From: Felis catus
Lineage: Eukaryota
NCBI RefSeq assembly: GCF_018350175.1
Contig: NC_058383.1
Location: 21,020,001 to 21,084,000, forward strand
Length of the DNA stretch: 64,000 nucleotides
Direction: 5' to 3'
Under the pieces are notes generated by a model. It saw only the letters and a list, made by a program, of their open reading frames with translations. It was not told where the DNA came from and ran no database searches. Below are positions 35,546-48,312 of this stretch, piece after piece. The translations under genes were made by a program, and so were the position numbers. Each line of letters starts with the position of its first letter. Within the stretch, counting starts at the first letter, position 1.

Positions 35546-36479
35546 GAAAGTCGTATCAGATTCTTCTGCGTTTTTGTCCAAATTGGAGAACTCGGAATGT
35601 GCTTTCTGAAAAGAAGAGGTGATTTTAGCTCAAGCCTGGGCATGGGCTTACATACACCTGATGCCCCCACCCCCACCCCCGTGCACGCACAGAAGCCCGT
35701 ATGCCCAGGAGAAAAATGCCAAGTTGCTATGTGGGTTGGGGGCCCCAGCTCTATCTCGGGTCCCAAGAAGCCAACACCGTTGCCTGCTCTGGCAGTTCAC
35801 AATTCTTTACACAGCCAAGACCCTGCTGGAGAATGAAGCTACCATCACATTTGGCCACTTGGAAGACGATAACCAGCCAATACCTGGAGCAGCCAATGGC
35901 CAAAGTAACTGATCCACAAATAGCCCATCTGGTCAGGCATACAGGCCTGGCTTTACTGTTCTGCCTGGTTGTTTGGTTATGAGGCAGGCCACTCTGTTTC
36001 CTGGGTTTATAAGTTAATTCATGGCCAGTAAAATGTCCAACATAGTAATATTAATCACAGCAGATCACGACCATCTGACTTCCCCTTCCGAGTGCTGTTT
36101 GTCTCTAAAGATCAGTTGAGCGAGAACATGGGACCAGCCCCAGGCTTCAGAACGCAGAGACAAGAGCCGAAATCAGAGTCCCAGAGGGGGATGTGTTTGT
36201 TTCCCGTGGCAGAGTGTGGAGTAGAGGAAACAGCGACAGAGTCATGAAGGCCACCAAGCATCCGAAGAGAAGGGACGGGGACTGAAGCAGACAATCGGCA
36301 TTAGAGAGAAAGCAAAACAAAGCGAGTGGCTTCTGGAGGCAGAATTTGGAGAGCATCCCAGAGGACCACAGGAGGAAGTTGGAGGTAGACGTTTATGGGA
36401 TGCCCGTGGCTGAGTCGATGAACTGGAAAGGAGATGCTGAGGGCAACAAGCCCGTTTGGACAACACCTCTCGTTCCTTC

Positions 36480-37200
36480 CTTCCACGTTTGTCAGTCGGT
36501 CAACGAATATTTATTGAGCCCCTACCGTGGGCCAGACAACAAGCGGGGTTGGACTGGCATCCCCCAATTTCATTGGTAGGTAATTTTAACTCCAGCCAGC
36601 ATGTTCTAAAGGTGCATTCATACATTTTGCAGGTACTTGTTGAGTACCGTTTGTGCTCCTAGTGTTTAACGCTAGGGACTTAACAGCAACGAAAGCATCC
36701 TACACAGTTACCTCCTTCATGGAGCTCAGATGCTGGTGGCTGAGGCAGATTCCGAGCAAACAAAAGAACAATGCCGATAAATCTACCCGGGTGCTGTGAA
36801 GGAAAACTCTAGGGCACTAACAAGAAAATGTCTCTTAAAGAAAACTTTTATCTCAAGGGGATGGAAAAGTTTCCCAGAAGAAGTGCATTTGAGTTGACGT
36901 CTGAAGGGAGAATCAGAGTTAATTACACCTAAGCTACCGTGAGCCCCTTGCAAAGGGCACAGAATGTGCAAAGGCTTGGAGGCAGAGGGGAGCATCACGT
37001 GTTTAAGAGATGGGAAGGAGGCTAGTGTGGCCAGACATAGTGAGCAAGGAGAAGGAACCAGCTCTTGTCCAGCCTGGTGTGCGACGCAAGGGATTTGGAT
37101 TTTGGGGGGGTTGGGGGGACACCTTGGAGTTTTACCCAAGAGAAACAAGATACCATTTAAAGGCTTTAAGCAATCCGGATTGCCTGATGAATCAAGCTGG
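36480..37200 (-). mobile_element. L2 fragments
   Basis: AATATTTATTGAGCCCCTACCGTGGGCCAG; AGAATGTGCAAAGGCTTGGAGGCAG. Confidence 0.75.
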
Positions 37201-37394
37201 ACAAATTCTTGAGGTTGTCAGCTAGTAATTATGCCCCAGCCACCTCGGATGAAAGGAGTTTTGCCCAGACTCAAATTTCCACCTGATCAGGAGTTCTCAA
37301 GATTTCCAAGTGATGGAAGCTGTCATTTCCCACTAGTGTCCCTGGCTGGCAATGAAATTCAGATTTCTTAGCATCTGGTCCCTACATGTTTAAA

Positions 37395-37609
37395 AATTTT
37401 TTTTTTCAACGTTTATTTATTTTTGGGACAGAGAGAGACAGAGCATGAACGGGGGAGGGGCAGAGAGAGAGGGAGACACAGAATCGGAAACAGGCTCCAG
37501 GCTCTGAGCCATCAGCCCAGAGCCCGATGCGGGGCTCGAACTCACGGACCGCGAGATCGTGACCTGGCTGAAGTCGGACGCTCAACCGACTGCGCCACCC
37601 AGGCGCCCC
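37395..37609 (-). mobile_element. Young Can-SINE (SINEC_Fc)
   Basis: TSD GGTCCCTACATGTTTAAA. Confidence 0.97.
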
Positions 37610-38539
37610 AAGGTCCCTACATGTTTAAAGGGTTCGTGTACCTTCTGATCCTCCTACTCAAGAGATACAGCCAAGATCAAGTTCTTGGCTTGACGGTAGC
37701 ATAGCCAGCTCTGTGGTTTCTTGGGATCACCCACACTATTGTGTGGAAAACGGATTCAAAGTTTAGAGCATACAAGCGTCAGTGCCCTATCTCTGTGTAT
37801 TTGTATGTTACAGCAGTTGAAGTAGACCCGGTATCTCTTAGTGTGCTCTCTTTCTATATGTATTTGCCTTCTAGAATAACCACAGAACAAAGGAATTAGA
37901 TCCAGCATCTCCTTAAACACAGACCATGACTTGGCTTCCTGTAGCAGTCTGGTTCCCAGCGGTTGGGTTGATGGATCTGGAAATGCCGAAGGGTGGGTAG
38001 ATTCCAATGGCGAGAGACGTCTGGAGACTGAAAACCACAGGACTGGAGATGGTCATCATCTGTAACTTTCTCAAATAGAATATCCGCCAAGTAGTGTTGC
38101 AACTCTTGGTGGTCAGGCTACCTATTGGGGCTTACAGCAACCTAGAGCAAATGCTAGGCTTCTTACCTACGAGGAAGTCTTGATAAAACTCTGTTCTTCT
38201 TACTAAGCAGAATAATTAACTTACCGTCTTTAGAGAGGTTTCCGTGAGAAATCAGATGATCTGTTGGAAATTTCCAGATAGAGTGTCCTCCTGGGAAAAA
38301 TTGCTGCCTACGATCAAGCAAAAGGCATTAGCCTCCGCTATTTAAAGCTGGACTGGATACGCCAAGTTTGGAAAGGGAAGGTCAGACTTTCAACTGCTGG
38401 AGTGTTACATTTGGGGACCAGACACCCCCTGTACCTCTTTCTTCTAGAAGAGGTTGGTAACCCATACCGTCAAGATGGAGACGTGGGAACCGACTACAAG
38501 CCTGTTCACAAGCCGCCTCTCTCTGTCTCGTCTCGTCCC

Positions 38540-38935
38540 AACCCCCGCGTGTGCAGAGCACTCCCTCTCCTCTGTGTCTGGAACACAGCACGCTCGTCCT
38601 CACCTCAGGAAGTCCGCACCTGCGGTCTCCTTTTGAAATTCTCCCCCGCCTGCATCCTGTTATCATCTCTCCCCTCTCATTATTCAAATCTCTGCTCAAA
38701 TATCACCTCCCCTGAGAAGCCTTCCCTGATTGTCCTCATATCAGCCTGTTTTAACTCCTTCGTAGCACTTACGGGTGCTCGAGATGAGTTGGGGGAGCGT
38801 GTAAGTGCCCACGTGTTCCATTGTCTCTTCCACGCCAAGGAAACGTGGACTCCAAGAAGACGGGGTCATTGGTGCCCAGAACAATGTGCCTGGAGCAACG
38901 TGCTAGCAGCTCAGTAACTACTTGAATGGATAAGT
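38540..38935 (+). mobile_element. L2 3' fragment
   Basis: TCTCTGCTCAAATATCACCTCCCCTGAGAAGCCTTCCCTGA; CCCAGAACAATGTGCCTGG. Confidence 0.8.
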
Positions 38936-39939
38936 AAAGCTTTAGATGTGTGGAAGTGGTCAGAAAACAAAAACCAGGTCTGAGAGGAAGGGTTGTCACT
39001 GAAAATTGAGAAAGAGGAGGAAGAAGGAAAGAATAGAACAAAGAAAAAGGATCGAGCATCTTCTGGAAGCGGAGCTTGGGATGCTTTCCGGAGACATCAG
39101 GACCAGCAAAATGGTTCCAACACTGACCTCATATACTGTAAATGGAATAAAAGAACCTCCCTCGCAGGGTAGTTGAGGGGATTAGGGGAGTTAATATGCA
39201 TCATGTGCCTAGAACCGGCTGGACACAGAATAGGAATACTGCGTAAATGTTTGCTGGACAGAAATGGAACATCTTTCTGTTTTCCATTTCCTGGCACGAA
39301 ACACACTGTCTTCTGTAGCCTGGATCCTTGCGTGCCCTCGGAACACCTTCTGTCTCAAAATCATGGGTGCCGTGGGAGTCCACTGGCCCAGAAGGGGGTC
39401 TTCAACCAATGCGCTGAACAAACAGAGAGAATGGGCTTGACTAAGGCAGGGGAGATGATGTCAAGCTGCAGAGAATGGGGTGGGCGGCCTTGCCTGGCCA
39501 CCAGTGATATTGGCCTGGAGGCAATGGCTTATCCAGGCCCTGGGCCAGCAGCTGATTGGCCTGGCAGTGTATAACCAGGCCAGGAGGCTGTAAGGCTGGT
39601 GAGCCCCGAACTCACACACTTGGATGTGAGTGCTTGGGTGCTGGTTCCCGTAATTCTGCCCTGATTGCCATGCGCATTTCCCATGGAACCGAAGTCTTGT
39701 CCCAGAGCCCTTAGGAGCTGGACCTAACCCCTCAGTAGTTCACTTTGACCTCTGTTCCCAGATGTAGGAACAGGCTACCAGCCGTGACCCAGACACCGAA
39801 TCCGGCTTTTCAGTTTTGCAACTTACTTAAATCCTGTCTTACTTTCCAGCTCAGCAGACTAGAAAAGTGGGAAGAAGTTGGGCGTCTCCAGATTTCAACC
39901 CTCATTATTACCATTCTATACCAGGCCGCCAGGGACTTG

Positions 39940-40240
39940 AGAACCGGGCTTGGTTTAAATTCTAGCTAAGAGAACATGGGCACCTGTCTCTACCTCAGTT
40001 TCCCCATCTGGATGAGCTGGAGATAATAATGGTTCCTAACCCAGAGGGTTGTTGTAAGCCGGTATATATAAAGCCCTTAAAATATTACCTGGCACGTAGT
40101 AAATACTATAAATGTTGACGATTATTTCATGTGCATTATCGGATTTAATCACCATAAATTGAAGGTGGTGGTAAATACCATCCCCATTTCACAAATGAGG
40201 ACATCTAGGTGCAGAAAGATTAAACAACATTCCCAAGGTC
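39940..40240. mobile_element. Two MIR fragments in opposite orientation
   Basis: CCTCAGTTTCCCCATCTG (+) and CCCCATTTCACAAATGAGGAC (-). Confidence 0.75.
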
Positions 40241-42355
40241 CACCTCACTCGGCTTCCCCAGCCCACCACTGCTGTGCCTTCCCTCACTGTCCCTCTAGAT
40301 TGGGCCCTTGAACCCCAAGGCCATTCCCCACAAAAATCCAGTTTGCCATAAGCATTGAACTTGCCGAGTTGGATTCTAGACTCCTTCCTGTGTTGGCCTC
40401 CACACCGTCTTGCCATCTACCCAACACTCCCAACGGACCTTTGGAACACCAGGTCACGAGGGAGTTAAACCCAAGAAAGAGCTGAGCAGATCTTTGCTGC
40501 CCAAATCAAGGTAGGTCGTGTATGCCAGACCCCGTTATCAGCAGGGACCATAAAGGACAAAGTCCCTGCTCTCTTGGTGCTTAGCCTCTACGGAGAGAGA
40601 CAGATAAACAAGTGAATATGTAATATAGTAGGTACTGATGAGTGCTATAAAGAAAGATAAAGCCGGGTGAAAGAGGGCGCCATGAAATTCTTCAACTTCC
40701 CTTAAGCCCTTGCTCTCTGTCTTAAATCAACCATCTGTTGTGACCTCCACCTGACATGCATGAGCTTTGCAAGTGGCCAAGACATTTCAGAGCAGACAAG
40801 AGAGTAACACTTAAAAGATCAACTCCACGGAACAGATGGCTTAGTTATTTCATGCCAATTAAATCAACCATTCAGCTGTCTGATCCATTGCTCACTGAAG
40901 GGGCTGCAAAGAGCCTCTTGCGTTGGTGCAGATATCTGCTTTAATGTAAAAGACGCTAATGGGGACAGACACGAGGGTCATGCAGACAATCGAGTAAATA
41001 TTGAGCTAAAGAGATGACACAATGGCATCGTGGGGGAGGCAAAGGAGGAATGGAGGTGGTGGAATGTGTGATAGGGCTCAGGAGTCTTATGTAATTAGGA
41101 TGACGTTGGGGAGACTGCGTGACAATGCTAATTATCCAATCCACCGAGACAAATGTTATTGTGATATTGCACGCACTCTCTGTGCCAGACTTTGTGCTAA
41201 ACGCTGGAAAACGGAGCCAGGAAGTTCAAAGGTACGTAAAATGCTATCCCTGCCTCGCAGGAGCTCGTCACAGAGCTAGAGGCGGGCTCAGAAACAAAAA
41301 AGCTGTACGATAAAGTCTAGGGATACGTGGACAGCGGTACAGTCTGGGCGAGACCAGACGCCGTGTTTATTTATTTTTTTTTCCAACTCTTGATAAGAAA
41401 TTGAATGGTAACGAGATGGAGTTGGCACATCCTAAAACCACCTGGGCTGTGGCATCACACGTGATATGATTTAATCCCAGACACTCAGACACTCTGAGGC
41501 AAATGTCACTGGACCGCTGTGTACTGCGTGGTGCGGGCCATCCAGAAGGCCACATGCTCACACGCTTAAGGCAGAGTCGGCCCAGAAGTGGACAGTCCTC
41601 CTGAGAAGGGCTAAACCCTGGGATAGGACATGAGGACTTGAACGGCGGTCCTAGACAGAGAGGCCAGGGGAATCTTCTCTCTCTTTTCTGGGATTATTAG
41701 CAAACGTAAGCCAATCACTGAGCTATGGGAATGCCAGAGGCTCTTCCAGTGGGGAGGACGAGCGTCTTTCTCCCAGCCTCACGTAGGAGGAAAGGGGTGA
41801 GTCAGAGTTCCCGAGGAGAGCTCCAGTGTGTGTGAGAGAGCTCAGTCATTGTCTCAGTTACATGCACCGTGATTCCTTTCCAGCACCAAAGTTCCAGGAA
41901 AGCCTCCTTAAAAGCTGCAACCCATTGCAATGTGTTCTGGTGTGAAGTTAGCCAAACAGGTCAATGGGGTAGAACAGAGAGCCCAGAAAAGTCTCACACA
42001 GGCATGCGGGTCCCGTACATCCTAAAAGCAGCATTTTCAAAATGGCAGAGAAGAATGAGTTATCCAGCAAATAGTATTTGGCCCTCTGGGAAGAAAAAAA
42101 TTGGATACCTACCCTTTCCCACACCCAAAAGGTCAATTCTGGATGAATTGAAAAGCTAAATACGCCTGGCAAAGCTTTCCTCCAGAAATGGAGAGGTAAA
42201 GACTTTCCCGGACAAACAAAAGCTGAGGGAATTCATTACTGCTTGTAAGTCATGCCTTACAAGAAACGCTGAAAACAGGGAGCTCTTCAAGATGAAACGA
42301 AAGGGCCACTGATTAGTTACACGAAAACATATGAAAATCTGTGACGGTGATGTTA

Positions 42356-42583
42356 GCTAATTATCCAATCCACCGAGACAAATGTTATTGTGATACTGCA
42401 CGCACTCTCTGTGCCAGACTTTGTGCTAAACGCTGGAAAACGGAGCCAGGAAGTTCAAAGGTGCATAAAATGCTGTCCCTGCCTCGCAGGAGCTCGTCGC
42501 AGAGCTAGAGGCGGGCTCAGAAACAAAAAAACTGTACGATAAAGTCTAGGGATACGTGGACAGTGGTACAGTCCGGGTGAGAC
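42356..42583 (+). repeat. 228-bp direct duplicate of 41127-41354
   Basis: Ungapped alignment, 9 substitutions. Confidence 0.97.
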
Positions 42584-42935
42584 TGTAATCATGTTGTGAT
42601 ATCTATGTGCATCAAGTCAGTGAGATGCACACCCGAAACCTACACCAGGTCACGTGTCGATCACATCTCAATACAGCTGCAGAAAAATAGCTATAAGGGA
42701 TTGATACCCAAACATATCAAGATTTCTCGAAAATCAACGAGGCACAAACACGAAACCTTAATAGAAAATTGGGCAGACAGTATAAACAGACTGCACAAAA
42801 AGAAGAATTGCAAATGGAAAGATGTTTAATCTTGCTAGTAACCAAGTGAATGTGAAACAAAACGACAATGTTTCCTGGTTGCGTTTTTTTTCCCCCAAAG
42901 AAGGGTAAAGTTGAGGCCATAGTAAGCGTATGCTG

Positions 42936-43093
42936 TGGTTCGTGAGTTGGAGCCCCGCGTCTGGCTCTGTGCTGACAGCACGGAGCCTGCCGGGGATTCT
43001 CTCTCTCTCCCTCTCTCTCTGCCCCTCCCCTGATCACTCATGCTCTCTCTGTCTCTCTCTGTCTCTCAAAAATAAAGAAACAACAACAAAAAA
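42936..43093 (+). mobile_element. 5'-truncated Can-SINE
   Basis: Begins near the B box; TSD AGTAAG(C/T)G(T/C)A(T/C)GCTG. Confidence 0.9.
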
Positions 43094-43477
43094 AGTAAGT
43101 GCACGCTGAAAAGCCTTCCCATGCATTGTTGGTAGATCCACTCGGTAAAACTTTTCCAGAAAGCAATTCAACAGTCTAATATTTTTTTCTTTTAAGAAAT
43201 GCATCTGACTCTTTACCAAGAAACCTGGGTAGATATCTAGAAAAGTAAATACATGGCACAAGGTGGTACATACGAATAGAGATAATGAAATCTACAGCAG
43301 TGGCAGGACAGTTAAATGCATAATGGAATATCTATGTAATAGAATGCCATGCGGCTATTAAACAAACAAAGTAGATTTATACGCGTCTATCTGGGAACGT
43401 CTTTTATGCACACTGTAGAAGTGAGTTGCAATATGTCATGTGTACGGTATGATGCTATTTCTGTTAAAAGAAAAATG

Positions 43478-44140
43478 TCTGGGAATGCAAACTGGTGCAG
43501 CCACTCTGGAAAACAGGGTGGAGTTTCCTCAAAAAATTAAAAATAGAACCACCCTACGACCCAGCAATGGCACTACTAGGCATTTATCCATGGGACGCAG
43601 GTGTGCTGTTTCGAAGGGGCACATGCACCCCATGTTTATAGCAGCACGATTGACAGTAGCCAAAGGATAGAAAGAGCCCAAAAGTCCATCGGTGGATGAA
43701 TGGATAAAGAAGATGTGGCATATATATACAATGGAGTATTACTTGGCAATCAAAAAGAAAGAAATGTTGCCATTTGCAACAACGTGGATGGAACTGGAGG
43801 GTATCATGCTGAGTGAAAACAGTCAGAGAAAGACAAATATCATATGATTACGCTCATATGAGGAATTTAAGATACAAAACAGATGAACATAAGGGAAGGG
43901 AAGCAAAAATAATATAAAAACAGGGAGGGGGGCAAAACAGAAGAGACTCTTAAATATGGAGAACAAAGAGAGGGTTACAGGAGGGCTTGTGAGGGGGGGG
44001 ATGGGCTAAATGGGGAAGGGGCATTAAGGAATCTACTCCTGAAACCATTGTTGGACTATATGCTCATTAACTTGGATGTAAATTAAAACATAAAGAAATA
44101 AATGAATTGAAAATAAGTTTTAAAAAATGAAAAAAAAACA
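43478..44140 (+). mobile_element. 5'-truncated feline L1 (ORF2 end plus 3' UTR)
   Basis: GGGAATGCAAACTGGTGCAGCCACTCTGGAAAACAG...; same 3' UTR type as 14623-15111. Confidence 0.95.
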
Positions 44141-44561
44141 CACCTCAAAATGCTCACCATCTGTATTTAACTAAAAAGTGGTCCATATAACAGCTCTCCA
44201 CTTACTGGAGGAAAAAAAGTATATATTGTTAGAAAAGCAAGACCATAACAAATTATCAGTAGTTTTCTCCAGGTGAGTAAAATTAAGGTCATTTTTTTCC
44301 CACTGCATCTACAAACTGGGGATAACGTCTACCAATTTCTAGTTAACTGTGCAAATTAAATGAAATAATCATTTTAAGTACTTCATAGAGTATCTGGCAA
44401 ATACATGGTAAGCTCTCAAGTACTGATTTTTGCTATTATCATTTCTCCACTTTACAGAAAATCATATTGTTTTAACGCACATTCATTTTTTATAAAGTCC
44501 TATAATTCAATAACTTTAAAGAAAAGAAAAAGTCACACAAATGCAAAAGTCACCTGTGTTT

Positions 44562-44803
44562 TTATTTTTATTAGAAAAATTTTATTAAAAAAAGTTTTTT
44601 AATGTTTATTTATTTTTGAGAGAGAGCGAGAGCGAGAGAGAGCTGGGGAGGGGCAGAGAGAGAGGGAGACACAGAATCCGAAGCAGGCTCCAGGCTCTGA
44701 GCTGTCAGCACAAAGCCTGATGCGGGGCTTGAACTCACAAACCGTGAGTTCATAACCTGAGCCAAAGTCGGAAGCTTAACCAACTGAACCACCCAGGTGC
44801 CCC
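44562..44803 (-). mobile_element. Can-SINE
   Basis: TSD AAAGTCACCTGT(G/A)TTTTTA. Confidence 0.95.
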
Positions 44804-44927
44804 AAAGTCACCTGTATTTTTAAAAGAATACACAAACACTCATGGATAGATACATAGATACAGTTTTAGAGGTAGACTATGTAGGCACAGATACAGGATA
44901 CGGATACGCATATACATATATACATAA

Positions 44928-45440
44928 AATATGGTTAATTTTATGTGTCAGTTTGACCAGGCTAAGGGATGCTTGCAGACCTGGTAAAATGTGTCAGTGT
45001 GTCTGTGGGGGTGTTTCTGGAAGAGATTACATCCGAATCGGCAGACTGAGTAAAGCAGATCTCTCCTCACCGATGTGGGTGGGTTTCACCCACTCCACTG
45101 AGGGCCTGAGTAGAACAAAAAGGCGGATGAAGGGGAAATTTTCTCTCTCGGCTTGAGCTGGGACATCCATCTTCTGCTGCCCTCGGACATTGGTTCTCCT
45201 GGTTCCTGGGCCTTCAGACTCAGACTGAGACTTTATACCATTGGCTCTCTGGTCCCTCAGGCCTTCGGCTACGTGCTGGGACGACCATTGGCTTCCCCGA
45301 GCCTCCAGATTGCAGGTGACAGATCGAGTTACTTCTCAGCCTTCGTAATCGTGCAAACCGATCCCTTGTAATAAACCTGTTTCTATATATCTTCACACAC
45401 CATGTTTGTGTCTGTGTCTCAGGAGAGCCGTGACGGATAC
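44928..45440 (+). mobile_element. MLT2B (ERVL) LTR
   Basis: ATGGTTAATTTTATGTGTCAGTTTGAC start; GAGGGCCTGAGTAGAACAAAAAGGC. Confidence 0.9.
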
Positions 45441-46487
45441 GGGGTTCATGGCACGAATGGGCAGGTGGGACCAGGGGCAACCTCACTCTGAGCATGAAAA
45501 CAAAGAAGCAACAAGCCCCCGGATCCAAAGGGCCCCGTGGGCAGAGGTGATGGAAGTCTCAGTAACACACTGTGAAGACCAGAAAAGGAAAGCCTTAACT
45601 CCATCCCACTGAGGTCTCCATGCCGCACGGCATCAAACCCGTACCCTGGGAGGGCGCACGTTACAGGAAGAATTGGACTGAGTTAGGTTTTCTGATGGCT
45701 TTGGGGGACTGGGGACTTGGCGAGACAGATCGCTTTGGAACACAAAGAAAGATAATTTCTTGCATTTTCAAGTTTTTTAGGCTGAGATCTTTACCTACTG
45801 CACTTAAAAGAGCTATTCTCCTTACTTATCCTTGACCGAGGTAGTCCACACGGAAAGTAAATTAGCCATAGCCCACACACCTTTATCAATATTCTTTTCT
45901 TGTCTCTCTGGCTGGCTCATTCGGTGCTTATGACAAAGTCCTAAAGATGCATTTTCCTCGCCAGCGCAGGTTGGTTAACATCAGTGTGTTTTCTGTCACC
46001 GAAATCAAGTCTGACCCTGATCAAGTTTTCTCCCAAGGACGTGTCCCGAATATTGTGCCAACTGGGCAACTGATGTCCACAGAGTCCCAATCTCCCCCAC
46101 CGGTTATTCTCAGCACAGTCTCTGACAGTTCAAGGCCATACCTGGGCTCCAGGTGAGCTCTGGGCTGAGCACTCTGACTTAGCCTGCCTTTTAGGTGATG
46201 CGGGTTTTTAATTCGCAGGTTGTGGGGTGCAAAAGAATCAGTTCGTATGACCAAAAGTCTTCCACCCGATTAACTTTCTGCTCTGCCCTGTACCTGTGCT
46301 TTCACTGTGGGGCTCTCTCGTCGTTGGTGGTAGCAACACTTTCCCAAATAGCACCCTCAGACCCTTTACATAGTCACCACGTTGCATTACACTGTCACCC
46401 ATATGACAATCAGCCACACAGCCAGGTGCATTTCTGTGCCTCAATAACTAAGGTCCTAGGATGTCTTGTCTCCAATCCTGTCCCATT

Positions 46488-46963
46488 TTATTTTTTTACA
46501 TTTTTTTATTATTTTTTTTAAGTTTATTTATTTAGGGGTGCCTGAGTGGCTCAGTTGGTGAAGCGTCCGACTTCGGCTCAGGTCATGATCTCACAGTTCG
46601 TGGGTTCGAGTCCCGCACCGGGCTCTGTGCTGACGGCTCGGAGCCTGCAGCCTGCTTGGATTCTGTTGTCTCCCTCTCTCTCTGCCCCTCGCCTGCTCAT
46701 GCTCTGTCTCTCTCTCGCTCAAAAATAAATAAACATAAACACAATTTAAAAAAATAAAGTTTATTTATTTATTTTGAGAGAGAGAGAGAGAGAGAGAGAG
46801 AGTGTGAGCAGAGGAGGGGTGCAGAGAGACAGAGAAGGAGAAAGAGAGAATCCCAAGCAGGCTCTGCACTGTCCACGTGGGGCTTGAACCCACAAAGCGT
46901 GAGATCATGACCTGAGCTGAAATCAAGAGTCAGATGTTTAACCGACTGAGCCCCCAGGCACGC
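46488..46963 (-). mobile_element. Older Can-SINE hosting an opposite-strand SINE in its tail
   Basis: Reverse body 46758-46963; T tail continues at 46488-46534. Confidence 0.88.
46535..46757 (+). mobile_element. Can-SINE (nested)
   Basis: TSD AAGTTTATTTATTTA. Confidence 0.93.
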
Positions 46964-47939
46964 TGACCCTGCCCCCTTTTAAACATCCAACCACCTGGAA
47001 AGGAGCTTTGAGCATAGATCTAGCGAACAGTGCTATGGTTTGGGATCCACTCCCTTTAACTCTTTTTCACTGGTCTTTGTTTTAATATGAATTTTGGAGG
47101 AAGGAATGCATGGCCCGGACTGAAAAAGAAAAAAAAAAAATCCTCTCCATGCTGCGTCCGATTTAATTTCTCTCAAGCCACGGCAGTGGTGGCAGTCAAA
47201 GGCTGGGGTTCCCATGGAGATCCCCCCCCCGGGATTCTTCTCCAGAGTCGAAGCTTCTCTGGACGCAAGGGGAGGGCACAGAGCACTAGCTCTGTGAGGT
47301 CTCTTGGATGGACAGCTCGGGAACTTTTGGGAGTTTATTTGCAGATCGGCCTCAGAGGGGCCCCCTCCGAGCTCCCTTCTCCCCCCAGCGAGTTAAACCG
47401 AATGTAGCAGGAGTGACAGAATATACCGGCCCGAATTCCTGTGAACAAATTACGGGAGGCTTGTTGCACACTCCATCATCTAGCCTCGCCAGCCTGGGGA
47501 ACTGGGTTTTGTGTTCAGGAGATAGTGAGGGCATGACTTTGCATAACAAAGGCAGAGCGGAGTACGGCGTGCTGCGTCTTAGTCGCTAACCTCAGTGAAT
47601 CAGTCATTAGCAGGGCTGGTGCATCGGAGAGTGAGAAACACCGAACCCGATTAGAAGGGGAATTTATCACCCTGCCTCTAAGAGTAAACAAAACAGAGGA
47701 GCTGTCCATCACCGTGGGGCCTGGCATCACCTTGGCAGCCAACATCTGCTCCACTGGCTGCGTGTTCACCTCAGAGAGGGAAGAACAAGCTGACAGCTTC
47801 TAGAAAAACTCTCTGTCTTGCTGGGTCTGGGGCCGGAGGGCAATTTCCCGAGGGGACTGGGAGTACCTACGACTCTGTGGCTTCCAGGGCCACAAGGTAG
47901 GCTTTGAGGAAATGGGTGTGTTAGAGTGAACTCCTGACC

Positions 47940-48312
47940 CATCACATGTTCCTCTGCCCTCCCAGTGATACCCCGCCTCGTGGGAGGGTTATCCCTGCCT
48001 CATTCGGTCCACATCGGGCTTTGTCATATGACTTACTCCAGCCAGTGAAAGGTAAGCCGAAGGGTGGCTTCCAAAGGAAGCTTTGAAAGACTGTGTGGTT
48101 TACCATGTTTCTTTTTTCTGTGTTGTGAGAGCTGTAGTGACCCCCCCCATGGAAGCTGTTCGTCCTGGATAAAGACGTTGTGTTGTGGGACCGCAGCCGA
48201 GCGATGATGGACATATCATGAGAGTGAGAAGTAAACATTTGTTGTCATAAGTCATCGAGCTTTGGTATCATTTATTATTGTAGCTTCCTCTAGCCCTGTC
48301 TGACTGAAAACA
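47940..48312 (+). mobile_element. MLT1I-like LTR
   Basis: TGGACATATCATGAGAGTGAGAAGTAAACATTTGTTGT...CTGACTGAAAACA. Confidence 0.75.

Larger units (their letters stand above)
41950..43475 (+). mobile_element. Mosaic of old L1M fragments (ORF2, ORF1 end, 3' UTR)
   Basis: GGTCAATGGGGTAGAACAGAGAGCCCAGAA; AAAGACTTTCCCGGACAAACAAAAGCTGAGG; AGAAAATTGGGCAGA. Confidence 0.7.
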
